Shown here: positions 44,917-54,497 of the stretch, one piece after another
Numbering within the stretch: the stretch's first letter is position 1
Layout of the letters: every line of letters begins with the position of its first letter
Origin: a virus
Lineage: Duplodnaviria > Caudoviricetes
IMG/VR virus record: IMGVR_UViG_2899946620_000001
Span: 6,033-70,032 of that record
Length of the DNA stretch: 64,000 nucleotides
Reading direction: 5' to 3' (one strand)
The notes under the pieces: generated by a model
The model's database searches: none
The model's input: only the letters and a program-made list of their open reading frames with translations
Told to the model about the DNA's origin: nothing
Program-made: the position numbers and the translations under genes

Positions 44917-44931
44917 GTTCCTAATATGTTC
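44917..44931 (+). promoter_or_regulatory. Alphaproteobacterial LexA (SOS) box
   Basis: GTTC-ctaatat-GTTC is an exact GTTC-N7-GTTC match, between divergent genes. Confidence 0.75.
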
Positions 44932-44985
44932 TCTAAGCCGAAAGAGTCAATTCGGCTTTTTGCGGGCCTGTGCGTTAATGGGCTA

Positions 44986-45951
44986 ATGGCCAGAGCATCC
45001 TCAAAGAAGCCGCGCGATATCCCTCCGACCGATCCCATGCCGGCGCGCATCGATCCCTGCCTTGCGACGCTCGTCGACAAGCCGCCGAAGGGGCCGGACT
45101 GGGCCTATGAAGTGAAGTGGGACGGTTACCGGCTTGCGGTCCACATCGAGCCGGGCCGGGTGAGGGTGCTCACGCGCGGCGGCTACGATTGGACCGATCG
45201 CTTTCCGACGATCGTTGACGACGCTCGGCGCCTGGCCGTAAAAACCGCCATCCTCGACGGGGAGGCGGTCGTGCTCGACGACCAGGGCCGCTCGGATTTC
45301 GGCATGCTGCAGCGGGCGCTTGGCCGCTTGCCGTCGGCGGTCGAAGCCGGTGCGATCGTCTTTTATGCCTTCGACCTCCTTTATCTCGACGGCCGCGACC
45401 TTCGCCGGCTGCCGCTGCGCGAGCGCCGGCGATTGCTCGAGCCGCTCGTCGCTGGCCGGGAAGGGGCCGTCCGCCTTTCAGAAGAGGTTCAGGCTGATGG
45501 TGACGAGTTCTTTCGCGTCGCGTGCGAACACGGGCTCGAAGGCATCATCGCCAAGCACGTCGAGAAGCCCTATCGCTCCGGCCGCGGCGAGTGGTGGCAG
45601 AAGATCACCTGCAAGCGGCGCGACAGCTTCGTGATTGTCGGCTACGAGCCGTCGACCGTTCCTGGTCATATCGGCCGGTTGCTGCTGGCGGCGCGGAAGG
45701 ACGGACAGCTGGTCTACGTCGGCGGCTGCGGTACCGGCTGGTCAAACGAGCTTTCGCGAGAGTTACGCAAGCTGCTCGAGGGAATGGTGACGAAGTCGCC
45801 GGCCGTGGCCCTTAGGAGGAAAGCCGCCGTCTTTGTCGAGCCGGTGCTTGTCGCCGAGGTCGAGTATCGCGCCTGGACCGACGATGGAAAGCTGCGGCAT
45901 GCGTCGTTCAAAGGGATAAGGTCGAGAGAGGACGAGGCGGCATTGTTCTAG
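44986..45951 (+). CDS. ligD: ATP-dependent DNA ligase, LigD-type ligase domain only
   Basis: Motif I EVKWDGYR, ILDGE, YAFDLLYLDG, EGIIAK, EVEYRAWTDDGKLRHASFKG. Confidence 0.92.
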   Translation: MARASSKKPRDIPPTDPMPARIDPCLATLVDKPPKGPDWAYEVKWDGYRLAVHIEPGRVRVLTRGGYDWTDRFPTIVDDARRLAVKTAILDGEAVVLDDQGRSDFGMLQRALGRLPSAVEAGAIVFYAFDLLYLDGRDLRRLPLRERRRLLEPLVAGREGAVRLSEEVQADGDEFFRVACEHGLEGIIAKHVEKPYRSGRGEWWQKITCKRRDSFVIVGYEPSTVPGHIGRLLLAARKDGQLVYVGGCGTGWSNELSRELRKLLEGMVTKSPAVALRRKAAVFVEPVLVAEVEYRAWTDDGKLRHASFKGIRSREDEAALF

Positions 45952-46098
45952 CTCTCCGAAGGTATCGAGGAATAGGCGTAACTCCGCACGAAATCGTGCC
46001 GTGTCCGCTTCACTCCCCGTTACCGTGAGATTACTCGATCAGTACCGCGTTCGCACTCATGCTGGCGTAGGGAGGCGAAGTCGCAGCATCGTCGGCTG

Positions 46099-46455
46099 CT
46101 ACTCACCCGTTTGTGGGTTTCTTGCTCCTTCGCCCTGCGCTTTCCCCGAGCCTGTCGGACCACTCTCCTTGGAGCCAGGCGCTTTGGCTCCGTTTTGCGG
46201 CCCGCCCAACCAGTCTTTTGTACCTGCCGTCTCCTTCGCCTGATCACCGGTTCCGGTGGGCACTACGACTTGCTGCCCGTTTTGTTGATAATCGGCTTGG
46301 GTCTCGTGGCCCCGAAGATTTTCTTGAGATTCTGCCTCTGGTGGTTTTCCCCGGCCAGACCAGGTGGAAGACGTGCCATGGCCGGAGGCGGCCGAATATT
46401 CGGGCGGGTCTTGGATTGTCTTCTTCGCGGGAGGAGTTTTAGCGTTTTCGGTCAT
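46099..46455 (-). CDS. Hydrophilic Gly/Gln-rich low-complexity protein
   Basis: MTENAKTPPAKK..., RBS GGAG; hydrophilin-like composition. Confidence 0.65.
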   Translation of the reverse strand: MTENAKTPPAKKTIQDPPEYSAASGHGTSSTWSGRGKPPEAESQENLRGHETQADYQQNGQQVVVPTGTGDQAKETAGTKDWLGGPQNGAKAPGSKESGPTGSGKAQGEGARNPQTGE

Positions 46456-46887
46456 GACGATCTCCACTGTTGCGCGTTGTTGGATTGGTAGGATGGCCGG
46501 TGCTCATTTGAGCCGGCGTCGTCCAGAGGGGCGGCGTGGTCGTCTGCTGCATCGACAGTCACCGAGCCTGGCATTCCTTTCAGTCACGCTCACGACGTCA
46601 TTAAGCTATCAGGCTCGCGGATGAAAACTACCCTGCGTTTTAATGGTGCGCGCCATTTTACCGTCGCAAGTTGTACTTAGAAACCCAATACCAAACATCC
46701 GCAAGAGTGAATCTGGCCGCGAGAGGGCGGAGGTGGCAGTGTTCGAAATTCTTGTTGCAGATCAGCCAAAGAAGACCTAATTTGCGGTTTCCAATTCACG
46801 AAACGTTCCGCGTTTTCAGGTGTAGTTATCGCACGTAATTGGAAACGGCTTTACTTAATTTGCAGGCTGTTCAGCGAAAAATAGATT

Positions 46888-46933
46888 ACTCTTAATCAGC
46901 GGGTCCACGGTTCGAGCCCGTGATCACCCACCA
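46888..46933 (+). repeat. att site: 3' half of tRNA-Lys(CTT)
   Basis: ACTCTTAATCAGCGGGTCCACGGTTCGAGCCCGTGATCACCCACCA contains the anticodon loop, T arm, acceptor 3' strand and CCA; the 5' half is absent upstream. Confidence 0.9.
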
Positions 46934-47241
46934 AAAACCTCAAATTCTCTGGGAATGCAGCAATGGTTCGGCCTACGCCCTGATGGCTCGGGCTCAGCTG
47001 ACGAGCGGACTTCGCATAGTCGCCACAGCCTCTTGCCTATGACCGGCGGGAGCACATTCCGGGAAAGATCAAGAACTTCGTCAAGCTTGGCAGCCGGACC
47101 CTGCGACCGCGGCACCCGTTTGCATTCTAGGCCGACGGTTGTGCCCTCGACCGGCGCAAGCTTCGCGGTTGCGGCGGAGTTGAATTCGCGCACCGATGCC
47201 GATAAACGCTTCCTCTCGCAGCGGTCGATCGGGAGCAGACC

Positions 47242-48276
47242 TTGAAAGAACTTCACTATCCTTTTCGCCGAGCTGAGAGCGAGCGGGTTCGCAGAGGGAT
47301 ATTCGATCGCGTTCTTACCCGTTACGAAACCTACAAGCTGACGGCGCGGGTCCGCAAGCGGAAGCGGACGATCGAGATGTCGTGCCTGACGCCGGGCGGG
47401 CAGCGGGCGCTCGGCAAAGACGACATCCCGCTCGTGTTCAATACGCATAACGACCGGAAGCTGCTGCCTTCGTTTCTCGCGCACTACCGAAGGCTCGGCG
47501 TTACCCGCTTCATCTGCGTCGATGACGTATCGTCGGACGGGACGCGGGACTACCTGCTTGCGCAGGCGGATGTGGACCTTTGGAGCTCGCCGGTGCGGTA
47601 TCGCGATGCCCGCAGGGGGCGTGAATGGCGAGAGGCTCTGTTCGAGCGCTATGGCTGGAACCGGTGGTATCTGAATGTCGATTCCGACGAGTTCCTGATC
47701 TACGAGGATTGCGAGAACCGGCCGCTCGAAGCTCTTCTGCGGGCGCTGGAGAGCAAAGGGGAAAAGCGCCTCGCAGCCCCGATGCTCGACATGTATCCGA
47801 TCGGACCGCTCGGGGCTGCCACGCTCGACAGCGATGATGGCCGCATGCCGTGGGAAATCGCCGATCATTTCGACGGCTCCGGATACGAGATCAGCTATAC
47901 GAAGCGGGCGATCAGCATCACGGGCGGCCCGCGGAAGCGCAAATTCGCCCATCTGCTCGAACTCATCAAATATCCTGTCATCTTCTGGGACAGGGAATGC
48001 AGCCTCGGCGTCAGCATTCATCAGCCGTTGCCCTGCGAAAGGAATTTCACCGCCGTCGCCGGTGTGCTGCTGCACTTCAAGTTCTTCTCCGACTACAAGG
48101 AAAAGATCGAACAGGCAGTCGCCGACGGGCAGTATTTCGATGCTGCGGCCGTCTACCGCAAGATGTTTGAAGATCTTCAGGAGGCCGGTGAGTTCGACTT
48201 TTCCGATGCGTGCTCGACGCGGTTCTCGAGTTCCAGGCAGTTGCTCGAACTCGGCTTTATCGGACCCGTGCGCTAG
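47242..48276 (+). CDS. Glycosyltransferase family 2 (Glyco_tranf_2_4 type), host gene
   Basis: FLAHYRRLGV..FICVDD.SSDGT, WYLNVDSDEFL, LLHFKF. Confidence 0.88.
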   Translation: MKELHYPFRRAESERVRRGIFDRVLTRYETYKLTARVRKRKRTIEMSCLTPGGQRALGKDDIPLVFNTHNDRKLLPSFLAHYRRLGVTRFICVDDVSSDGTRDYLLAQADVDLWSSPVRYRDARRGREWREALFERYGWNRWYLNVDSDEFLIYEDCENRPLEALLRALESKGEKRLAAPMLDMYPIGPLGAATLDSDDGRMPWEIADHFDGSGYEISYTKRAISITGGPRKRKFAHLLELIKYPVIFWDRECSLGVSIHQPLPCERNFTAVAGVLLHFKFFSDYKEKIEQAVADGQYFDAAAVYRKMFEDLQEAGEFDFSDACSTRFSSSRQLLELGFIGPVR

Positions 48277-48450
48277 CCGTAGCCGCGTCCGAGGCATCGG
48301 GAGGAACGGCGCCAAACGCCTCAATCGGTGGACAGTTTACCGTTAGCTCACACCGAATACGAGGAAAGACGGGGCAGCACTCTTAAATTCCTGCGCCTCT
48401 GGCTCTATATGACCTCTTATTGACCGATTGCGGTCGAGAGACAGGGAAGG

Positions 48451-49452
48451 GTGGAAATGCAGCGTTTCGGACGTGTTCTGGCCATTGCGGCAATCGGTGT
48501 TGCGGCGATGATGACGGTGGTCGACGTCGCTGAAGCGAGGCGGGCAGGCGGTGGCTTCGGCTCGCGCGGCAGCCGGACCTTTTCCGCCCCGCCGGTCACT
48601 CGGACGGCACCGGCACCGGCCGCGCCGATCGACAGAACCATGACACCGCGGCAGAGCACCCAGCCTTCGACCGCGACCAATCCGGCCAGCCAGAACCGGA
48701 CCAATGCCCGGCCGGGCTTTTTCAATGGTTTCGGCGGATCCATGCTCGGCGGTCTCATGATGGGCGGTCTGATCGGCATGCTGCTCGGCCATGGCATCGG
48801 CGGCGGCATCGGCTTCCTCGGCCTGCTGCTGCAGGTCGGCCTCGTCGTTCTGTTGATCTCCCTGGCAATGCGCTTCTTCGGCCGCAACCAGCGTCCGGCC
48901 TATTCGGCGCCCGCTGCCTCGGCCCGCTCTTCGGCGGCAGCCGGCGCAGCGCCGTCCTTCCGAATTCCGCGGATAGGTGAAGCCATGGGTGGTGCTGCCA
49001 CAGGGGCGTCCGCCGCCGCACCGGTACCGGTGCAGACAGATGAAATCAGCGTGGGCCAGGACGATCTCGATCGCTTCGAGGCGATGCTGAAGGATGTGCA
49101 GGCTGCCTACGGAGCGGAGGATTATGCGGCGCTGCGTCAGCTGACCACACCCGAAGCCATGTCCTACCTCGCGGAAGAGCTAAGCGACAACGCAACAAAG
49201 GGTCTCAAGAACGAAGTCCGCGACGTTCACCTCGTTCAGGGCGACCTCGCGGAGGCATGGAGAGAGAACGGTACCGAATATGCGACGGTGGCCATGCGCT
49301 ACGAGAGCATCGACGTGATGCGTGACAGGGCCACCGGCAGGGTCGTGAGCGGCAATGCCAATGAGGCGACAGACGCCGTCGAGATATGGACGTTCGCGCG
49401 AAAGCCCGGCGCCGACTGGCAGGTATCTGCCATCCAGGGCGTCGAGGCCTGA
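48451..49452 (+). CDS. Tim44 domain-containing membrane protein, host gene
   Basis: AEARRAGGGFGSRGSRT, LGGLMMGGLIGMLLG, VQAAY..ED..AL, EIWTFAR..G..WQVSAIQ. Confidence 0.9.
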   Translation: MEMQRFGRVLAIAAIGVAAMMTVVDVAEARRAGGGFGSRGSRTFSAPPVTRTAPAPAAPIDRTMTPRQSTQPSTATNPASQNRTNARPGFFNGFGGSMLGGLMMGGLIGMLLGHGIGGGIGFLGLLLQVGLVVLLISLAMRFFGRNQRPAYSAPAASARSSAAAGAAPSFRIPRIGEAMGGAATGASAAAPVPVQTDEISVGQDDLDRFEAMLKDVQAAYGAEDYAALRQLTTPEAMSYLAEELSDNATKGLKNEVRDVHLVQGDLAEAWRENGTEYATVAMRYESIDVMRDRATGRVVSGNANEATDAVEIWTFARKPGADWQVSAIQGVEA

Positions 49453-49680
49453 ACGCCCGCCAGCCTGACCGCCGGGCGGCAAGCCTGCCACCGGCATCAC
49501 GATCCGATCAGAAGAAGGCGAAGATCGGCTATTGACGGCGCCGCTCTTTGCCGCTCTTTTCTGACGGGCGGATTCGCCTTAACATCTTGAATTCCGGTTG
49601 AGTTCTGCGCGGTGGTTCGTTCAGTCCGGCACGTGTCGGCCTGCTGATCTTTCGCCCGCAGCCGATCGAGGAGCGGCGAT

Positions 49681-50403
49681 ATGACGAAGCTTGGCAAGAC
49701 GGGTGGCAGCGCGCGTACAACGTTCTGCGCTGCGGCGATCACGGTGTGGGCCCTTGCCGCCGGCGTCGCCGCAGCGGCGGATTGCAAGAGCGCTGCGGGA
49801 CCGGGCACGGACTGGCAGGACTGCAACAAAAAGCAGATCATGCTGGGTGGTAGCGAACTCCCGGGAAGCAATTTGTTCAACACCGATTTTACGATGACCG
49901 ACCTGCGCGGGGCCAATCTCACGTCCGCTAATCTGGAGAAGGCGACGCTCGTTCGTGCTTCGCTCGCCAGGGCGAAAGCGGACAAGGCGAATTTCAGCAG
50001 GGTGGAGGCCTATCGCGGCAACTTTTCAGCTATCTCTGCGGAGAATGCATCCTTCGCGAGTGCCGAGCTGCAGCGCACCGACTTCAGCGGAGCACGGCTG
50101 GCAGGCGCCGACTTCGAGAAAGCGGAACTCGGGCGCGCCAATTTCGACAAGGCCGTACTAACGGGCACGCGCTTCGCGATGGCCAATCTTTCGCGCGCCA
50201 AGCTGAGCGGTGCGGTTCTCGAAGGACCGATCGATCTGGATCGCGCCTTTCTTTTCCTGACGAGGATAGAGGGCGTCGACCTTTCCAGAGCGTCCGGGCT
50301 CACACAGGAACAGGTCGATCTCACCTGCGGTGACGGCGCGACCAAGTTGCCGTCGGGACTGGCCGCGCCCGCTAAATGGCCGTGCCCTCCCGACGACGAT
50401 TGA
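49681..50403 (+). CDS. Exported pentapeptide-repeat protein, host gene
   Basis: Signal peptide, A(D/N)LXX repeats. Confidence 0.9.
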   Translation: MTKLGKTGGSARTTFCAAAITVWALAAGVAAAADCKSAAGPGTDWQDCNKKQIMLGGSELPGSNLFNTDFTMTDLRGANLTSANLEKATLVRASLARAKADKANFSRVEAYRGNFSAISAENASFASAELQRTDFSGARLAGADFEKAELGRANFDKAVLTGTRFAMANLSRAKLSGAVLEGPIDLDRAFLFLTRIEGVDLSRASGLTQEQVDLTCGDGATKLPSGLAAPAKWPCPPDDD

Positions 50404-50421
50404 AGCGTAAAGGCGGGCGCC

Positions 50422-50706
50422 TCAACGATCATCGTTCGGTGCCGCAAGCTCGGCGGATACAAGCCTGAGACCCGGTCGTGCCTGCGGCGACTCCGCGCCG
50501 ACTCTCCGTTGCGGCCGATCGTCCTGCGCCGCCGCTTCAGCCAGATCGTAGCCGAGAGCGAAGGCGATTTTCTTCAGCATTTCGCGAGCGCGAAACTCGT
50601 GACGGGCGATGGCCTGGCTTTCGGTGACGAAGTAGGCGGCACTGACAGCCTCGATGAGATTGAGGGCAGCGAGATTGATGACGGCGTATGTCTCGGCGCG
50701 GATCAC
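50422..50706 (-). CDS. Hypothetical protein (early-left remnant)
   Basis: GTG start overlaps the TGA of the upstream ORF. Confidence 0.5.
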   Translation of the reverse strand: MIRAETYAVINLAALNLIEAVSAAYFVTESQAIARHEFRAREMLKKIAFALGYDLAEAAAQDDRPQRRVGAESPQARPGLRLVSAELAAPNDDR

Positions 50707-51032
50707 AGGGCGCCTCCGAATTGCTGCCGGGGATTGTGCGTACCGAGCTGCCGCTGGACCTGGCTCGCATCCGCGCCGCTGCCGAACTCACGCTCGCGAT
50801 TGAGTGCGAAGAAGGCGTCGTCGACGAGATCCGTCGCGGGCCGGGCTTCACGCTGGAAGACATGCCCATCTGCACCAAGATGCCAGGCGAGCGAAGCCAG
50901 ACTGGAATAGGCGGAGGAGAGAAAGCACTTGAGCGCCATCTGGTTCTGCGCGTCGGTCGAACGGAGAAAGTCGGCGGCGAAGAGTTCGTCGACCTGGCCA
51001 TGAAGATCGGATCTGATTCGGGGGAGGGACAT
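50703..51032 (-). CDS. Hypothetical protein (early-left remnant)
   Basis: From MSLPRIRSDL, RBS GAGGAG. Confidence 0.6.
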   Translation of the reverse strand: MSLPRIRSDLHGQVDELFAADFLRSTDAQNQMALKCFLSSAYSSLASLAWHLGADGHVFQREARPATDLVDDAFFALNREREFGSGADASQVQRQLGTHNPRQQFGGAL

Positions 51033-51112
51033 GTGGCGCTTATTCTCCTCGTATCGCTGCCGGCGTTCGTCCGCCGTGCAATTCTGCCCTGTGTTCACCC
51101 AACATTGCATCC

Positions 51113-51142
51113 GACACGATACATGTCAACACGAATCGTGTT
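51113..51142 (-). promoter_or_regulatory. OL-like operator pair with a TTGACA box (element 2)
   Basis: GACAC-gatac-ATGTC and AACAC-gaatc-GTGTT; minus-strand TTGACA at 51124-51129. Confidence 0.65.
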
Positions 51143-51226
51143 GAATTGGCCGACATGGGGGATGTCGTTGGGGTGCGACAAAGGAATAAGCTCGCTGGTC
51201 GACTCCCGCCTGGGGTCTTTGCGTTC

Positions 51227-51916
51227 TCAGGCGTTGCCGGCGAGCGCGATATAATGGACGGAGTGAACGGTACAGGCTTCGAAGCGCAGTTCCTTATGGG
51301 GGTTGAACTGCTCGAGAACCAGTTCGGAGCTGTTGTGGCGCACGAACTTCTTGACGTAGGCCAGCAGGGCCCCGCCTTCTTCCAGCCGAATCTGAGCGAT
51401 CACGTAGTCGCCTTTCCGGACGCGGCGGCTGGGATCAACGAAGCAGACCTCGCCGTCTTCGTAACGCGGGTACATCGAATCGCCTGAAACCGAGACCGCA
51501 TAGGCGCCCGAGATGTCCGAGAGTATCGGCGGCGCCATGACTTCGTACAGCACGTTGCCGTTCATTATGAATTCACCATCAACCCCGCCGACTGCCTGAC
51601 CGAAGACCGGGATCTTTTCCCCCTGGCCGATTACCTTGGCGCCGATCCGGGCGTTCGGCGCGTCGACTTCGACCATTGTCGAGCCGGTCGCGGAGCCCGT
51701 GGAGCTTCGGCGGTTGGTGCCGGTCAGCAGCCAAAGCGGATCGACATTGAACTTGCGGCCGTAGATCTCGGCTTCGCTGAGTTCGAACTCATTCTGCCCA
51801 TTCTCGTGGGCGCGATAGGTCGAGGCCACGATGCCCAAGGCATTCGCTGCGTCGGAGGCGAACCGGTACCCCGCTTTGACGCGCGCCTCGCGCAATCTTT
51901 CAGCTCTTTCGCTCAT
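51227..51916 (-). CDS. XRE HTH + S24 peptidase repressor (element 2)
   Basis: RLREARVKAGYRFASDAANALGIVASTYRAHENG; AVGG cleavage region; GDSMYPRY; YVKKF. Confidence 0.92.
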   Translation of the reverse strand: MSERAERLREARVKAGYRFASDAANALGIVASTYRAHENGQNEFELSEAEIYGRKFNVDPLWLLTGTNRRSSTGSATGSTMVEVDAPNARIGAKVIGQGEKIPVFGQAVGGVDGEFIMNGNVLYEVMAPPILSDISGAYAVSVSGDSMYPRYEDGEVCFVDPSRRVRKGDYVIAQIRLEEGGALLAYVKKFVRHNSSELVLEQFNPHKELRFEACTVHSVHYIALAGNA

Positions 51917-51940
51917 GATACGGGACTTAGCAATGTTGAT

Positions 51941-51978
51941 AACATAAATCATGTTGACACCACGACATTATAGATGTC
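51941..51978 (+). promoter_or_regulatory. OR-like operator pair with a TTGACA box (element 2)
   Basis: AACAT-aaatc-ATGTT and GACAT-tatag-ATGTC; shared consensus RACAY-N5-RTGTY with OL. Confidence 0.7.
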
Positions 51979-52050
51979 ATTGGTAAAGTCAAGTCGCGGC
52001 TGCGGAGGCACCGCGACTGCTGGGAGCACGGGAAAGGGAGTTCAAGAACA

Positions 52051-52587
52051 GTGGCGGAGAATTCGGAACTGGCAAGGCAGACTCGACACTATCGCGGCGT
52101 ACGGGAGCGGCTGGCCCGCCCGAGCGAAGCGATGGGCAGATCTGCGCGCATCAAAGAACTCGAAGGACAATTGGTCGACCTTGCTTCCGACAACGAAGCG
52201 AAAGGACGGCGGATTGCGAGACTGGAAGCCGATCTCGCCGATGCGGAAGCGCGGCTGCTCGCGCAGGCCCGAATTCTGCTTGGCAGCCGAGATACCGGTG
52301 CGTCGAATGTGGGCGGCCGCGACAGAGCGCCGATCGAGGAAATCGTTGCCGCCGTGCTCGAGGATTTTCCCGGTGTGAGCTGGGACGACATCATCAGTGT
52401 GCGCCGGGAGCGCCGGCTGGTGAAGCCGAGGCATGCCTGCATGCGCGCGATCTATGAGCGCCGCCGGGATCTCTCGCTGGCGGGGATCGGCCGCATCTTC
52501 CATCGAGACCACACGACCGTGCTTGCGGTCGTGAATGATGGCGGCGCCGGAAGCCGGACAGCTTCCAGAGATGACACCTTCGGCTGA
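52051..52587 (+). CDS. Coiled-coil protein with a DnaA-C-terminal-type HTH
   Basis: SWDDIISVRRERRLVKPRH......LSLAGIGRIFHRDHTTVL is the DnaA domain IV signature; GTG start. Confidence 0.8.
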   Translation: MAENSELARQTRHYRGVRERLARPSEAMGRSARIKELEGQLVDLASDNEAKGRRIARLEADLADAEARLLAQARILLGSRDTGASNVGGRDRAPIEEIVAAVLEDFPGVSWDDIISVRRERRLVKPRHACMRAIYERRRDLSLAGIGRIFHRDHTTVLAVVNDGGAGSRTASRDDTFG

Positions 52588-52709
52588 GCCCTGCGGCGGC
52601 TCGCATTCCATACCCACCCTCAGTTCACCCTGAATACCGTCACGTCCCGCCGCTTCACGGCAGGTCGCCCGCAACGGATGTCTCAATCACCACGCTCGAA
52701 AGGATTCCC

Positions 52710-53327
52710 ATGTTGACCAAGGCTCAGAAATTGCGTGCAAAGCGCAAGGCACAACTCGGACGGCCGCGGAAGGCCAATGCCGAGCGCTTTGCATGCGGCA
52801 AGATAAAGCCGGAGTGGTCCAAACAGGAAAGCGAAAAGGAGGCCATGGCTGTGGCGCTTGCAGCGCGCAAGCGCATGCATGGCCTAGAGACCAGAGGCGC
52901 GCTTGCCGGCTACACGCTCGGCCGGCTGTTTCTAGACGGGCGGATTACCGAGCAGCAGCGGGAGGCGGGCGACGACTACGCGGCGACGATGGTGCGCTAT
53001 TATCATTTGACGGGCATTCCGTTTCCAAGCATCAGGGCCCAGCAAATCGGCCACGTAAGAGGACATGCAAGCGAGCCGAGCGAGGCCCGCGCCGTGAAGG
53101 CGAAGAACGCGGCGGAGAGAATGATGAGGCTTGAAGGCCTGTTGCTCGGATGCGAGGAGGGGCGGCAGGTGAAAGCCACCGTCTTCAACGTCTGCGTGAT
53201 GGATTACGAAGGGTTGAGAATGATGCCGGAAGCCCAATTGGATTGGCTGAAGCGGGGCCTGAATGCCCTCCTCTTCGAAAAGGGCTTGCGCGAATATGGG
53301 AAGAAGGATATTTCGCTTACTCCATAA
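52710..53327 (+). CDS. Putative late-gene activator/antiterminator (Q-position protein)
   Basis: Basic GRPRK N-terminus; YTLGRLFLDGRITEQQREAGDDY; LKRGLNAL; lies before the late genes. Confidence 0.6.
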   Translation: MLTKAQKLRAKRKAQLGRPRKANAERFACGKIKPEWSKQESEKEAMAVALAARKRMHGLETRGALAGYTLGRLFLDGRITEQQREAGDDYAATMVRYYHLTGIPFPSIRAQQIGHVRGHASEPSEARAVKAKNAAERMMRLEGLLLGCEEGRQVKATVFNVCVMDYEGLRMMPEAQLDWLKRGLNALLFEKGLREYGKKDISLTP

Positions 53328-53523
53328 TAGGAATAATATCCTATAGCTCGATCCGGCCTAAGCCGGTTCAGACCGTGCCACAAGAATGCCGGGCAAGCCG
53401 TAGTCCCAAAAACCGCTGCACTTTTGGGCGAATAGAGATTAAATGCTTTCAATGCGAAGGTGCCTCGAACCAGCATGTCGAGGCGCATCGACCGTTTCCC
53501 CGGAGCAGAAAGAAGGTGAGTCC

Positions 53524-53940
53524 GTGAAAGCTTCAGCAATGCTCGCCTTTGCGGTGATTGCCGTAGCGACAGGTATGCTACCGGCGCAAGCCCAGACGTG
53601 CAGCACGGGAATTTGCGCCGGTCGTCCCGCGGGCAGCAGCAACCACGATCTCTTTATCGAGAGGGAATACCGCGACTTCCTGCAACAGCGATATCCGAAC
53701 TACGGCTCCCGCTATCGCGGCAGGGCTCCCGACATTGGCATAGGCCCCGGTGCGACGGTGGGAGGCCCTTCGCCCCGGGCGGTGGACAGATCGCGCCTGC
53801 GCCAACGGCAAAGGGGGCAGTTCGACGCCAATGCGCATCTTCGCTGGTGCCAGGAGCGGTACGCCTCGTATCGCGCTGCGGACGACACGTTTCAGCCCTT
53901 CGACGGCGGGCGCCGCCGGTGTAACTCGCCTTACAATTAG
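53524..53940 (+). CDS. BA14K-family exported protein
   Basis: Signal peptide; AHLRWCQERYASYRAADDTFQPFDGGRRRC.SPY. Confidence 0.88.
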   Translation: MKASAMLAFAVIAVATGMLPAQAQTCSTGICAGRPAGSSNHDLFIEREYRDFLQQRYPNYGSRYRGRAPDIGIGPGATVGGPSPRAVDRSRLRQRQRGQFDANAHLRWCQERYASYRAADDTFQPFDGGRRRCNSPYN

Positions 53941-53953
53941 AGGGAGTAACCCC

Positions 53954-54133
53954 TCAGCGCGTTTTGCGCAGGAGCTTCATTGCGACGTAAGCCGCGGACT
54001 GCGCCTGAAGCTGAGTGGCGAACTGACCCTGGGCCGGATAGGTGACGCCGCGATAGCTGAGGACGAAGGCCCAGCGCCCGTTCGTTCGCTTTTCGACCCT
54101 GATTTCGGCATCTGGCTTGTTATCTGGACTCAC
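53954..54133 (-). CDS. Small hypothetical protein
   Basis: GTG start after GAGGA; 59 aa. Confidence 0.55.
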   Translation of the reverse strand: MSPDNKPDAEIRVEKRTNGRWAFVLSYRGVTYPAQGQFATQLQAQSAAYVAMKLLRKTR

Positions 54134-54296
54134 CGCAGTTTTCCTCGTTCGCCATTCAGCGCCGGCATGACCCCGGCGCGAGTAACTTGCGCATCCGGCG
54201 GCGGAAAGCAAGAGTTCGCGGCGGTGCCCGGCATGCCTGAAGCGCTGCCTGCCGCACCTGTAAATGGTCCAGTGCAGGTTTGAACGTCGTGCCCGG

Positions 54297-54497
54297 TTAC
54301 TCGACGGATTTAACCGGGCCGAAACGCTCCATGACGAACGAAGTCTGGACGCCACCCTGCAGGCGGTCGGTCTTTTCAAGTTTTACGCTGGCGAACTGAC
54401 CGGATTCGGCGAGGGGCGTGCGGTGCCAGGCCGTGGTGACGAACAAGCCGGCACCGACGATGAAACCGACGGCGACATAGATCCAAGGATTGCGCAT
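54297..54497 (-). CDS. Small membrane-anchored protein
   Basis: 66 aa, N-terminal TM helix, RBS AGGAG. Confidence 0.7.
   Translation of the reverse strand: MRNPWIYVAVGFIVGAGLFVTTAWHRTPLAESGQFASVKLEKTDRLQGGVQTSFVMERFGPVKSVE

Larger units (their letters stand above)
1..46933. mobile_element. Lambdoid siphovirus prophage (left end and integrase outside window), right end at tRNA-Lys att site
   Basis: Colinear early-left, immunity, replication, packaging, head, tail and lysis modules ending at a tRNA 3'-half duplication; host-type genes resume after 46933. Confidence 0.95.

Noticed and set aside
44986-45951. Complete NHEJ (Ku-LigD) system
   Set aside because: No Ku gene and no polymerase or phosphoesterase domain in the window
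46452-46574. 40-aa ORF coupled to the 46455 gene
   Set aside because: The purine-rich run abuts the ATG and the peptide has no features; support is insufficient
46861-46933. Complete tRNA-Lys gene
   Set aside because: The 5' acceptor strand (GGGTGAT), D arm and 5' anticodon stem (GCTGA) are absent; only the 3' half is present, so it is an att duplication
46924-48324. 466-aa minus-strand ORF
   Set aside because: Shadow of the GT2 gene
49850-50300. Repetitive low-complexity DNA
   Set aside because: Explained by the pentapeptide-repeat protein
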